Shown here: positions 46,932 through 56,545 of the stretch, in pieces
How positions within the stretch are numbered: the first letter of the stretch is position 1
How the letters are laid out: each line of letters begins with the position of its first letter
Source: a virus
Lineage: Duplodnaviria > Heunggongvirae > Uroviricota > Caudoviricetes
Length of the DNA stretch: 64,000 nt
IMG/VR virus record: IMGVR_UViG_3300025597_000613
Span: 87,495 to 151,494 of that record
Strand: one strand, 5' to 3'
The notes under the pieces: model-generated
Seen by the model: only the letters and a program-made list of their open reading frames with translations
The model's database searches: none
Told to the model about the DNA's origin: nothing
Made by a program: the position numbers and the translations under genes

Positions 46932-47435
46932 TTAGAACTCCTCTAATAGATCCTCTTTCCATTCTCTATGGCCTTCGCGAAATGCCATATTTGCCTGCGT
47001 CTCACGAACTTCAACACGATAACACCACAGTCTATTGGCTTCACCGGGACCCCATAGGTCGGGAATATAGACACCATTGATATACTTGTAAAGCATATCT
47101 GCCAGTCCCTCGCATCCGAGTCGTGGAAGTATAGTGATTTTTGCCATCTTTCTTTTTTCCAGTTCCTTGTACATTTCAAGTTCTGGATCATCCTGTGCTA
47201 CCAAAAGAGTATGATCAAACATGCTCTCTAGCGTGCCCTTCAATTCCTTTAATCCGCCGTAGTCAGCTGCCCAATTTCTAACATCAAGGTCATCTGTTCC
47301 AAAATAGAACTTCATCGAGAAGCTATATCCGTGAATTAAATTGCAATGCGAATCAGCCCTCCACTGGCGATATGCACAGGGAAAGGCGTCATGATATTCT
47401 TTTGTACTTGTATATTTGTAAACTCTTGGTTCCAT
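46932..47435 (-). CDS. queD: 6-pyruvoyl-tetrahydropterin synthase/QueD-like
   Basis: HCNLIHGYS, DYGGLKELK, FDHTLL, VEVRET. Confidence 0.85.
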   Translation of the reverse strand: MEPRVYKYTSTKEYHDAFPCAYRQWRADSHCNLIHGYSFSMKFYFGTDDLDVRNWAADYGGLKELKGTLESMFDHTLLVAQDDPELEMYKELEKRKMAKITILPRLGCEGLADMLYKYINGVYIPDLWGPGEANRLWCYRVEVRETQANMAFREGHREWKEDLLEEF

Positions 47436-47437
47436 AT

Positions 47438-47803
47438 TTACTCCAATTCGATTCTCGCCTCAAGAAACACTGCATTAGGATAAAATTTTCTTACCCTATT
47501 TAAAAGGTCTGATGGGAATCTATCTCTATTATATTCGTCGACTTGCGCAAGTATAGCACGTTTCTCGAGTGCAAGTACAAATTCTTCAAATTCCCAGCCA
47601 TTGCTCTCAAGGCATTTTATTTTTTCATATGTCGTGACAATATCGGGGACCATTTCTGGCCCATTTCTGAAATTTACCGAAGATTTTACCGTGGTAATAT
47701 CTTTCAATTTTTCCAGCATTGTGTCGATATCCGGCCTTCTTAAGACATCAAATGTCTTTTCCTCTTCCGGCTTAGGATTTTCTTGCATCGATATAATCTT
47801 CAT
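47438..47803 (-). CDS. Hypothetical protein
   Basis: 121 aa. Confidence 0.6.
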   Translation of the reverse strand: MKIISMQENPKPEEEKTFDVLRRPDIDTMLEKLKDITTVKSSVNFRNGPEMVPDIVTTYEKIKCLESNGWEFEEFVLALEKRAILAQVDEYNRDRFPSDLLNRVRKFYPNAVFLEARIELE

Positions 47804-48290
47804 AATATACCCACCATTGAGTTTCAGGTTTCCAATCCTCGTGCATTAGGAATCCCCATTCTCTTTGCTGTGGACCCGGCATGAAAAGTGTCCAGCAATC
47901 TACACCTGGTTCCAATTCAATTCTATGATAGCTTGTTGCTTTACAGACTCTGAAATGTCCCGGGCCTCTCCAAATTTTCTTTTCCCCAATAATCTTAGGT
48001 GTTTCCTTAGGTGCTACAACCGGATCTGGATATTCCGTGGTAGTGTCGATAATGGGGACCCATTCCCAATATCCACCTTTTAGAATAAAGGTAGCATACG
48101 GCCAGGGATGATCATGAAGATCGTCCGGATCGCTTCTGTGGAAATTATGAAGAAAGACGTTGAAAGGGAATTTCTTTCTGTCTTTTAGAAAAAGATAATA
48201 ACGAGTAAGATAGGGAGATTTGCTCTCCCTATCCATGATTACTCTCTTTCTATCGTGCTTTTCAAGCCACTTTAGAAATTTTTTGAACAT
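47772..48290 (-). CDS. Cupin-fold protein
   Basis: HNFHRSD..DLHDHPW...GGYWE...YHRIEL. Confidence 0.7.
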   Translation of the reverse strand: MFKKFLKWLEKHDRKRVIMDRESKSPYLTRYYLFLKDRKKFPFNVFLHNFHRSDPDDLHDHPWPYATFILKGGYWEWVPIIDTTTEYPDPVVAPKETPKIIGEKKIWRGPGHFRVCKATSYHRIELEPGVDCWTLFMPGPQQREWGFLMHEDWKPETQWWVYYEDYIDARKS

Positions 48291-48292
48291 GA

Positions 48293-48973
48293 TTATTCCT
48301 TATCAAAGGAAACAAGACGCATGAATTCAATTCTTACATTAGGGTCGCTCTTGAACACGCCACCCAATTTTGAGGTGATTGTGCTCGATCCTGTATCCTC
48401 GACACCTCTGCTCTTTACACAGAAGTGCTGTGCGTGGATTACCACCGCAATGTCATCAGTTCCAAGGATGTATTGCAGTGCGTGATATACTTGCTCTGTT
48501 AATCTTTCCTGGATCTGTGGGCGCTTGCTGAAATATTCAACAACACGATTGATCTTGCTTAAACCAAGAACTTTCTCTTTAGGAATATAAGCAACGGTTG
48601 CAACACCGTCGATAATAACAAAGTGATGTTCACAGTTAGATTGAACGTTTACATTGCGCTCAACAACCATTTCATCATATTTCATCTTATTTGCGACTGC
48701 GGTGCATTTCGGAAATGCATCGTAATCAAGACCCCAGAAAATTTCATTCACATACATCTTGGCTACTCTCTTAGGAGTTTCGGCGAGGCTATCATCATTG
48801 GTATCGAGGCCGAGAGTGTGCATAATGTTTTCAAATGCCAATTCAATTTTTTCGATCTTATCTTTGCGATCGAGATGATTTTGAATTGTCGGAGTTTCAA
48901 CACCACATTTAACAAGGTGTTGATGGATTTGCTGACCCAATTCGGGGTCACATTTTGTTTTATTGTATGACAT
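48293..48973 (-). CDS. folE: GTP cyclohydrolase I
   Basis: ETPKRVAKMY, SNCEHHF, LGLSKINR, QIQERLT, HFCVKSRG. Confidence 0.95.
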   Translation of the reverse strand: MSYNKTKCDPELGQQIHQHLVKCGVETPTIQNHLDRKDKIEKIELAFENIMHTLGLDTNDDSLAETPKRVAKMYVNEIFWGLDYDAFPKCTAVANKMKYDEMVVERNVNVQSNCEHHFVIIDGVATVAYIPKEKVLGLSKINRVVEYFSKRPQIQERLTEQVYHALQYILGTDDIAVVIHAQHFCVKSRGVEDTGSSTITSKLGGVFKSDPNVRIEFMRLVSFDKE

Positions 48974-49046
48974 TTTAGAATCCTTCCTTAAACGGATATT
49001 GAGTTTTGAAAAGTTGTCACCGTTGTGTGACAAATGTATTTATGAC

Positions 49047-49370
49047 TCAATATATACCGTGCTTGCTTTTTAGGCTGTTAAATTCACTGACCACATAGGG
49101 TTCATATGGCTTCGTAGTAATCTTTATCAGAGTTTTTACATCTTCTTTCAGGGACCAGAAATCGCCCTGGAGTGTCATAAAATTTGAACTCATCTGGTCA
49201 TGTTCTTGAACAAGCCTGGTGAGTAATTTTGGATTATTTTCTGTGCCCTTTAACCTTGCAACTACTTGCTCAGTTTCTGCCATGGCCTGTAAATCCTCTA
49301 GGCTAAGAGCTCCCAGAAGTTTATCAAGGAGTTCGATTTTCTGCATTGTATCGGGTGTAGGAAAAATCAT
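49047..49370 (-). CDS. Hypothetical coiled-coil protein
   Basis: 107 aa, coupled to thyA. Confidence 0.7.
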   Translation of the reverse strand: MIFPTPDTMQKIELLDKLLGALSLEDLQAMAETEQVVARLKGTENNPKLLTRLVQEHDQMSSNFMTLQGDFWSLKEDVKTLIKITTKPYEPYVVSEFNSLKSKHGIY

Positions 49371-50281
49371 ATTGCCATTCCTGGTTTATTTTTTACATCT
49401 GGATAAGGATTATAGCCGATCAGTTCGATATCCTCCCATTGCAAATTTAGAATATCCTCAAAGGAATTCAAATCTTTCTTGATATTTAGGGTGGGTAATT
49501 CACGTGGCTCGCGCTGAATCATTTCCTGACACATATCCATCTGATTTTGATAGATATGTACATCCCATCCGAAGTAAACAAGTTCACCTGGAGTAAGTCT
49601 TAGATATTTTGCGAAGATGTGATTTAAAAGTGCATAAGATGCAATGTTGAATGGGAGCCCAAAGGGAACATCATTGCTCCTCATTACAAAGCAATTATTC
49701 AGTTTTCCATTGTCTACTGTGAAATCACCTTCCACAGAATACATATGTAGCATGTGGCATGGGGGCAAGGCCATTTCGTGTAATTGACCTGGATTCCAAC
49801 CTGTCACAACGTGACGACGACTGTAAGGATCATCTTTCAGTCCAGTGAGAAGATCTGCAATTTGGTCAACCTCTATCCCAGATGTTCTTAATAATGCATA
49901 ACTGTTTTCAGAAATTGGAATAGACTCGACCTTACTCGCTTCCCAATGCCGCCACTGGTATCCATAACCCTTACCCATATCACCTTCGGGTAGATGCTGA
50001 AGCCCACGCTTATCGAGAAATTCTCGAGAAGTGTTTCCCTTCCAGATGTTTATGTTCTTTTCTTCGAGTAACTTTGTATTTGTTTCACCACGAAGGAAAA
50101 ACATTGTTTCTTCGAAGGCAATACGCAAAGGAACTTTGCGTATGGTTGTTAGTGGAAATCCTTTGCTAAGATCCCACCTGAGCATTCTACCAAATACCGA
50201 TTTTGAGCCTACGCCAGTTCTGTCTGGTTTATCAACACCGTTATTGAGAATGTCAATTATCAAATTTTTATAATTGTCCAT
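49367..50281 (-). CDS. thyA: Thymidylate synthase
   Basis: DRTGVG, YGYQWR, ALPPCH, RSND..FGLPFNIASY, DVHIY. Confidence 0.96.
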   Translation of the reverse strand: MDNYKNLIIDILNNGVDKPDRTGVGSKSVFGRMLRWDLSKGFPLTTIRKVPLRIAFEETMFFLRGETNTKLLEEKNINIWKGNTSREFLDKRGLQHLPEGDMGKGYGYQWRHWEASKVESIPISENSYALLRTSGIEVDQIADLLTGLKDDPYSRRHVVTGWNPGQLHEMALPPCHMLHMYSVEGDFTVDNGKLNNCFVMRSNDVPFGLPFNIASYALLNHIFAKYLRLTPGELVYFGWDVHIYQNQMDMCQEMIQREPRELPTLNIKKDLNSFEDILNLQWEDIELIGYNPYPDVKNKPGMAI

Positions 50282-50303
50282 TTGTCCCCTTTATCGGGAC
50301 CTG

Positions 50304-50360
50304 AAAATACATACCAGGTCTCATGGTATGTATTTTATCACAGTGTTACTCGAAAGTCAA
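50304..50360 (-). promoter_or_regulatory. sigma70 promoter overlapping a 13-bp hairpin upstream of thyA
   Basis: TTGACT-N17-TAAAAT; AAAATACATACCA/TGGTATGTATTTT. Confidence 0.7.
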
Positions 50361-50575
50361 AGATTTTCTGATAGTTTTCTTACGAGATAGACATCTTCAG
50401 TAAGTTCCTCGGTCATTTCTGTATGACCGTATGAATCATTTTCAAAACCCCAGGTGACATATTTCTTATAATAATTTTTCCACCAAATCATTTCATTTCC
50501 AATTTTTTTAGGAAACCAAGCAAAGGCTTTTTTATATCTGGTTGTGGAGGTTAATTCATTCCTCCAATCTCTCAT
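50357..50575 (-). CDS. Small hypothetical protein
   Basis: Start MRDWRN; FAWFPKK motif. Confidence 0.6.
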   Translation of the reverse strand: MRDWRNELTSTTRYKKAFAWFPKKIGNEMIWWKNYYKKYVTWGFENDSYGHTEMTEELTEDVYLVRKLSENL

Positions 50576-50595
50576 AGGCTTATCGCCGACCATCC

Positions 50596-51132
50596 TTACT
50601 CCTTGGGTGCAGGCATACGATAGAAATCGTGATTTCCGACCCGCATAGTTCTTGTCATCTCGAAACGCCAGGCAGGTTTACTGGTGAATGGATTGTGAAA
50701 GTGCGTTGCACCCTTGGTATTATCTTCAACTTCGCCCGCAAGAACAGTGATCGCAACAATAGATGCAATTTGGAATTGATCAACCAATGCCTGGTTGATT
50801 GTACCATCTTTCTTCAGAAAATTAATTTCTTTTCCCTTTTTATCATTCTCACAGTACCAAGAGAATGCACAAACGATATTTTTCGTTATTCTGTGCGGAA
50901 GGGCTTGTTTCACAACACCGCAAATCGTATTAGGAAAACGCGGATCCTTGGCACGATTTAGTGTAACAGAGGCAACCGCAAATTGCCCTCTAATATCTTC
51001 ATTCCGGGACTCATAAAAGATATTTTCAGCCAAGCAATATGCTTCAGCTGGATCAACTTTTGATGTATCGGCAACGCCGGTAATATCTGAGGCCTGAAGA
51101 AGATATGCTAACAATAGTTTCGCTGTTATCAT
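50596..51132 (-). CDS. SleB-like cell wall hydrolase
   Basis: CLAENIFYESR...VTLNR...FPNTICGVV...FSW...GATHFH...HDFY. Confidence 0.9.
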   Translation of the reverse strand: MITAKLLLAYLLQASDITGVADTSKVDPAEAYCLAENIFYESRNEDIRGQFAVASVTLNRAKDPRFPNTICGVVKQALPHRITKNIVCAFSWYCENDKKGKEINFLKKDGTINQALVDQFQIASIVAITVLAGEVEDNTKGATHFHNPFTSKPAWRFEMTRTMRVGNHDFYRMPAPKE

Positions 51133-51192
51133 ATTATCTCCTAAAAATCCCCTAAATTGGAAACCAAAAAGGGGACAGTATTTAGCATCTGC

Positions 51193-51222
51193 ATTATACC
51201 ATTAAATACATTGTGAAGTCAA
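51193..51222 (-). promoter_or_regulatory. sigma70 promoter, divergent from the late promoter at 51237
   Basis: TTGACT-N18-TATAAT with an extended TG. Confidence 0.7.
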
Positions 51223-51268
51223 ACTCCAAGTTCTAGATAAATAGTCTAAACCGGTAAAGGATAAAGAA

Positions 51269-53143
51269 ATGAAGCCATCTGATTTTAGTTCATTTGATAC
51301 AAATAATATTTTGGAAAGCCTACGTAGTGGCGAATACTATATCTGGAAAGTGCATTTTGAAGATGGCACCTCCCAAGATGTAAGAATCACCTGGGACGAA
51401 ACATCAAAGGAAGACTTGGAAAAACATTTCGGTAAACCCATTACCAAAATTGATTACAATTTTGGAATCCGTGGCGGCCAGACAACAGATGATTCAGCAT
51501 TCCTGAGACAATATCACAGGGACCAAAATGAAATTGAGAGGCGTGCAGGAACTAGACCATGGAATGCACCAGTCGAAGAAGGTCATTGGGTTGCAAAATC
51601 AAAGGACGGCGTAGAGAAAAGATTTAAGACTTCTGACACAGCAGGTCGTGACGAATGGGCAAACAAGACCGTGAAGGCTCCGGCTGCGCCCGCAGCGGCA
51701 GCCGTACCAACCAAACCATCTCTAACACTTGATATGGTTTGGAGAAAGGTTGAGGAAGTAGTAGCTAATATTTTCCCCGATGGAGATCCAATTGATTGGT
51801 TAGGTCCATGGCTACAGAAGCAAGGAATCACTGACTATAAAATCGGTGATACTCTTGATAAGGCAGCTCAACAAAATGGCTATAAAGATATCTATGATTA
51901 CTACGACGAAATGAAAAGGCAATATGATGCCGACATGACTGCTGAAGGTTCCATGGGCGGAATTAATAGATCTGCCCCTGCACAAGATGTGAGCTATGAA
52001 GACGTATTGGATGAAGTCTACAATGCCTGGTTTGAAGAACAAGAATTAGATGAGCTCAGCACCGCTAAACTCCGCGCCTATGCAGACAAGGCTCGTGCAA
52101 TTGATCCGCATGCAGACCGCTTTAAAACCGTAAAACACAGCCAAGGAATGCAGAAAGCAAATGCTCGCATTGCCTCTAAGACAGGCGATCGTAGACCTAC
52201 AGCAAGAACATTCGAAGAGAGATTAGCTGAATTTTTAGAATTGGATGAAGCCTTTGATAAAAATATGTTTGCTGATATTTTAGCTCAGCAAGATAAGGAA
52301 GAGAAGGCTGCTGTACAAGCTAAGATTGGAACAAGAGATATTGATCACCATGGTTGGACTATCCGACATCAAACAAAGGTTCCGCGCGGACAGGCTGTGA
52401 AATGGCAGGTCATGGATAAAAAAGATGAAATTAAACATCGTGGAGAATCCGCCGATGAAGCATCTGCAATTACTGATGCACAGAACTGGATTAACACAAA
52501 GGCAGGCGCTGGGCAGGAAGCAACACAGAATGTTACAATCGACTTCAACGTAAACTTTGCTAAGGAAATTGCACCAGATTTCTATGCCACAATTACACAG
52601 GATAATGGTGTGCCTACATTGCTCATGTCTCTAGAACCACAAAAGGGTCTACGCCATACAACAACAAGGCAACAGGCGCACAAAATGACGGCATCTACAA
52701 CACCTTTGCCGGGCATTACACTCTCACCTAAGGAAGCAAATGCTGCCGGGCTAAAACCCAATGGGCGCTATCTTCTAGGCCCAAAGGAAGACCTCGGGGA
52801 CGGATTATGGTCATTCCCACTTATCTATCAAAGCACCGTTGCCGGAAAAGGCGACATGGTAAAGATGGGTAAACCTGGTTTGACAGTGGCACATAATCGC
52901 ACTATCGAAGAAGAAAATCTTTCAGAATTCATGGATCCATGGCACGGATATAGTGCAGACGATCCTAAGGTAAATGCCTTAAAGAAGGCACCTAAGTCAT
53001 CAATGCAAGGAACAGAAGATACACCCTTCAGTGAACTTGTTCAGGATACTATCAGGGAACATGGATTAAAGTGGGCCTTTGATTTCTATGTTAAGAAACA
53101 TGGACTTCCACCAAGGCAATTTAAGATATACGCAGGACTATAA
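51269..53143 (+). CDS. Modular late protein, possible head-internal polyprotein
   Basis: 624 aa; modules separated by [LIV]xE sites; late promoter at 51237. Confidence 0.7.
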   Translation: MKPSDFSSFDTNNILESLRSGEYYIWKVHFEDGTSQDVRITWDETSKEDLEKHFGKPITKIDYNFGIRGGQTTDDSAFLRQYHRDQNEIERRAGTRPWNAPVEEGHWVAKSKDGVEKRFKTSDTAGRDEWANKTVKAPAAPAAAAVPTKPSLTLDMVWRKVEEVVANIFPDGDPIDWLGPWLQKQGITDYKIGDTLDKAAQQNGYKDIYDYYDEMKRQYDADMTAEGSMGGINRSAPAQDVSYEDVLDEVYNAWFEEQELDELSTAKLRAYADKARAIDPHADRFKTVKHSQGMQKANARIASKTGDRRPTARTFEERLAEFLELDEAFDKNMFADILAQQDKEEKAAVQAKIGTRDIDHHGWTIRHQTKVPRGQAVKWQVMDKKDEIKHRGESADEASAITDAQNWINTKAGAGQEATQNVTIDFNVNFAKEIAPDFYATITQDNGVPTLLMSLEPQKGLRHTTTRQQAHKMTASTTPLPGITLSPKEANAAGLKPNGRYLLGPKEDLGDGLWSFPLIYQSTVAGKGDMVKMGKPGLTVAHNRTIEEENLSEFMDPWHGYSADDPKVNALKKAPKSSMQGTEDTPFSELVQDTIREHGLKWAFDFYVKKHGLPPRQFKIYAGL

Positions 53144-53173
53144 AGAAAAGGGCCCAGAGGGCCCTTTATCTTT
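53142..53173. terminator. Bidirectional terminator
   Basis: AAAGGGCCC-AGA-GGGCCCTTT between convergent genes. Confidence 0.85.
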
Positions 53174-53181
53174 GCACCATT

Positions 53182-54570
53182 TTATCGTGCGGGTTGACGG
53201 GCACGAGTTCTAACTTCTTCGAAGTTAGTCTCGTTATAAGACAAACCGTCCCTGTAACGAGTCTTCAGGTGATCAATGATGTTTTCACCAAAATCAAGAA
53301 CCTTGGTAATAAACTTACCGGTCTCGTCGGTAACAAGCATAAGCTGACCACGCTTGCTCTTCTTCATGGAAGAAGTGATCGGATCCTTGTAGACCTCAAC
53401 CCACTTACCCTTGATATAAGCAGCGGAACACTTCATGGCAAACTCAAGGGTGTCTCGGTTGATTTGTTGCAACAGAGCACCGCCTTGACCAAATGCCACG
53501 TTATCGGCACTGTAGCCATTGATGTCCATCAGAGTAAGGATAGCACGGATCGAAACATGATCAATACCATCACCTTGGATGATACGAACATTGTTCAGCA
53601 CCTTGTAACCCTTACTATTCACGGTGTGTCCAAAATGCTTGTCGAGAATCTTCAAGCAGTCATTAACGACTTGGACAGGATCACCACTATCCGGACGGAC
53701 AACCACAACCGCACCGCTGTCAATCACATCCTGCTTCAATTCGGTTCCCCACTTCTCGCAGGCCTTGTAGATGTCGTAGCTATCACTGACGCAAGCCAGC
53801 AAAGCACCAGGCTTACCGTAAAGCTTCAGCATGTTTCGGAATGAAGCGGTTTCACCATCACGACCCCAGCTGGTAACGGTACTGTGTTCCATTGCAGGAA
53901 TACTGAATCCGCAAACTTCTGCGTCATAGTATTCCATGGCAGCCAGGATTCCCGACACCGTATCAGTACCCATGAAGTTAACCAGGTGAGCCATGCCACC
54001 AAGGCCGGCACTTTCCAGGCTCGACACACCACGAGCACCAAAATCGTGCAGCTTGAAATCAATCAGTGAAGGATCACCATTCTTCTCAAGGAAGTGCTGG
54101 ATAATCTTCTTGCTGTGGTAGCTGTTGGAACAGACAGTGGTGGGATACCAAATTGCACGAAGAAGAGCAGTCTCAAGGAAACTGGTCAACCAGTAGCACT
54201 TCGGATCAGTGTTAACGATCGAAACAAGTACGTTCTTCAGGTACATCACGGTACCTTCATCTACGGACTTGATTTCGACGGGGAGTCGGCCACCGTGGAC
54301 TTGGACAATATAGTCCCACCCTTCTCGGTTGAAGGGTTCGCCGTGGGCCTTGATGATCTTTTCTGCCTCGTCCACCATCTTTCGAGTGATGGGGGTAGTT
54401 AGATATTCGCGAATGAATGCTTGCAGTCCAATGAACACAAGTTCGTCGTAAATCTTACTTCCTCGAGATTCGATGTACGAATACACGTATTCGGTGCCCT
54501 CGGGATATTGGGGCCACTGGCTGTACTTGTAGCTGTCGCTATTGAGAATAATGTTATGTGCATACTTCAT
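53182..54570 (-). CDS. nadV: Nicotinamide phosphoribosyltransferase
   Basis: DSYKYSQ, LHDFGARG, GTD, IPAMEHS, VSDSYD, RPDSGDP, IQGDG; start MKYAH. Confidence 0.95.
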   Translation of the reverse strand: MKYAHNIILNSDSYKYSQWPQYPEGTEYVYSYIESRGSKIYDELVFIGLQAFIREYLTTPITRKMVDEAEKIIKAHGEPFNREGWDYIVQVHGGRLPVEIKSVDEGTVMYLKNVLVSIVNTDPKCYWLTSFLETALLRAIWYPTTVCSNSYHSKKIIQHFLEKNGDPSLIDFKLHDFGARGVSSLESAGLGGMAHLVNFMGTDTVSGILAAMEYYDAEVCGFSIPAMEHSTVTSWGRDGETASFRNMLKLYGKPGALLACVSDSYDIYKACEKWGTELKQDVIDSGAVVVVRPDSGDPVQVVNDCLKILDKHFGHTVNSKGYKVLNNVRIIQGDGIDHVSIRAILTLMDINGYSADNVAFGQGGALLQQINRDTLEFAMKCSAAYIKGKWVEVYKDPITSSMKKSKRGQLMLVTDETGKFITKVLDFGENIIDHLKTRYRDGLSYNETNFEEVRTRARQPAR

Positions 54571-54610
54571 GATAAACTCCTTATCAAATAATGCCCAACT
54601 CACTGTTGGG
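54570..54610 (-). promoter_or_regulatory. Twin-hairpin leader of nadV
   Basis: CCCAAC-AGTGA-GTTGGG, then TGATAA-GGAGT-TTATCA(TG). Confidence 0.6.
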
Positions 54611-54618
54611 ACTTGTTA

Positions 54619-54852
54619 CTATAATACAGTCGCCTTTAGTGTAATTGCGACCAACTCCAGATCCGAATATTCATATCCTTCTTCTAGAGTACCATATCTA
54701 TTTTTTAGATAGATAATTCCTTCCTTGGTTTTGGCAAATATAATCTCAGAGGAAAGTCTGATTCCGATGGGTACCGAATTTGTAAATTGACCGTAGGAAA
54801 TGAACCATTCGTTTCCTAGTCGTGCCTGAGGTGGTACCTTACAAAAAATCAT
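54619..54852 (-). CDS. Small hypothetical protein
   Basis: 77 aa. Confidence 0.55.
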   Translation of the reverse strand: MIFCKVPPQARLGNEWFISYGQFTNSVPIGIRLSSEIIFAKTKEGIIYLKNRYGTLEEGYEYSDLELVAITLKATVL

Positions 54853-55193
54853 TTAATTCCCAGGGCTTCTTTTTCAGCAACGGAAAGCTTGGATAATGCC
54901 TGACGTCTAAGCTTTTCCTGTTCTTCAATTCTGTGCTTGGCATCTAATTCCTTATGGGCTTTATGCCATCTCATGAGGTCCTTCTTGGTAATTCCTGCCG
55001 ATTTGTAATCAATTGTATCATAGAAATCGGGAGGGCCAAAATCTCCTTTACCATCGCACACCGCGTGCTCAAGCGCAGCAAGTGTGGCACATAGAGCACT
55101 TTCGGCAAAACTAATTTGTTTCCGCAGTGCTGGTTCGGTTACATCCTTAAAATATTGCTCAGGATGATCGTCGTAATAATCTCTGCAAGGCAT
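54849..55193 (-). CDS. Hypothetical protein (MPCRD N-terminus)
   Basis: 114 aa with SD AAGGAG. Confidence 0.7.
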   Translation of the reverse strand: MPCRDYYDDHPEQYFKDVTEPALRKQISFAESALCATLAALEHAVCDGKGDFGPPDFYDTIDYKSAGITKKDLMRWHKAHKELDAKHRIEEQEKLRRQALSKLSVAEKEALGIK

Positions 55194-55202
55194 ATTTTCT
55201 CC

Positions 55203-55463
55203 TTAACCCCCGGGCAGGTAATCTTTTCCCGGAATCATTTCAGGAATCTTAGTGGAATAACTACCACCGTGTGCCAGCACATAGGCAATGGCATCCTCTT
55301 CCTGATCAAATTTTAAATGTGGAGCAACATTATGAATCATGCCATCACTCCACCCACCTTCACTATAATCTACCTCGACAACTCCACTTTCATTGAGCCA
55401 GGAACCAAGGATCGCAATGTCGTTGCGACCATTCAATCTCTTGATTCTGACATAGAAGCTCAT
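55203..55463 (-). CDS. Small paralogue-family protein
   Basis: WLNE...LKFDQEEDAIAYVL. Confidence 0.65.
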   Translation of the reverse strand: MSFYVRIKRLNGRNDIAILGSWLNESGVVEVDYSEGGWSDGMIHNVAPHLKFDQEEDAIAYVLAHGGSYSTKIPEMIPGKDYLPGG

Positions 55464-56545
55464 TTTCGTGCTCTTGCTACCAGGGTTGCAATAATGTGCT
55501 TGTGATCTCCATAAAGAAGTTCTCCCATTTCTTCAACTTCCGAAAGCTTGAACCATCTTGCCTTCTTAGCATCGTCGGATCCTTTAACTCTCGGAAGTTC
55601 ACCATTGCCGCCATCCAACTCAATCAGATAGGCCATAGTTATGGTGCGACCACGCAAATCACGGTCCGGGTGATCAAAGACTTCGTTGTAGGTAATACCC
55701 TTGCGAAGAACAATCTCAGGAACCTTGATCTTGGTTTCTTCCACAAGCTCGCGAATCACACAATCTTCAAGTCGTTCCTTGGGATTGATAAATCCGCCGG
55801 GTAGTGCCCAAAGACCCTTACCGGGAGAAAAACCTCGCTGGATAAGAAGAATGTGACCGCCTTGGATAACCACTGCATCAGTCGTTTGGAACACCGGTAC
55901 GAAAGGAGCACTGGCCCAGGATTTGTGATAATCCTTATAGAATTTGTATTCTTCTACCATATCCTGGTAGAACTCGGTTTCCATGAACTGTTTCAGGTAA
56001 TTAAATACCGCATTAGGAATAGCACCGGTGATGAAATCTAGGTGACCTTCGAAATAAAGTTCGCGAACCTTGGTTGCATCAATGGGATTAGATCCGTGCT
56101 TCACAAAGCCGTTGAGTGGAATAAAAGCCCATTGCGGAAATGCATGATTATACCAACTAGTTTCATCTTTGTCGTATCCGAGGATGCAGATTTCTCTGTC
56201 ATCAATTTCCGGATCTTCCTTAGCAACAATGCCCTGGACATACGAAATCCAAGAACTATTGCTATATTTGAAATCAGGGAGTGGACTGATAGAGATGTTG
56301 GACGCAGAAAATTCTTCCGGAATACGTGCATCCGCAAGTGCCTCACTCATGGCACGCTGAATCATATCGCTGCGTTCCTGGAACTTGAATGGATTTTTCG
56401 GAGTGCGTGGCTGGAATGAACTTCCAATCAAAATTTGCACTTTATCTGCAATGCCCATGGCCTGCAAAACATTGGCTAGATGCCCGTTGTGGAAAGGTTC
56501 AAAGCGCCCAATGAGGATTGCTTTCTTAAATTTTTTCGCTGACAT
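55460..56545 (-). CDS. nadM: Bifunctional NMN adenylyltransferase/Nudix hydrolase
   Basis: GRFEPFHNGH; DATKVRE; Nudix box WALPGGF...E.LEDCVIRELVEET; GSDDA; DHKHII. Confidence 0.93.
   Translation of the reverse strand: MSAKKFKKAILIGRFEPFHNGHLANVLQAMGIADKVQILIGSSFQPRTPKNPFKFQERSDMIQRAMSEALADARIPEEFSASNISISPLPDFKYSNSSWISYVQGIVAKEDPEIDDREICILGYDKDETSWYNHAFPQWAFIPLNGFVKHGSNPIDATKVRELYFEGHLDFITGAIPNAVFNYLKQFMETEFYQDMVEEYKFYKDYHKSWASAPFVPVFQTTDAVVIQGGHILLIQRGFSPGKGLWALPGGFINPKERLEDCVIRELVEETKIKVPEIVLRKGITYNEVFDHPDRDLRGRTITMAYLIELDGGNGELPRVKGSDDAKKARWFKLSEVEEMGELLYGDHKHIIATLVARARK

Noticed and set aside
53194-53844. 216-aa plus-strand ORF
   Set aside because: Antisense shadow of nadV.
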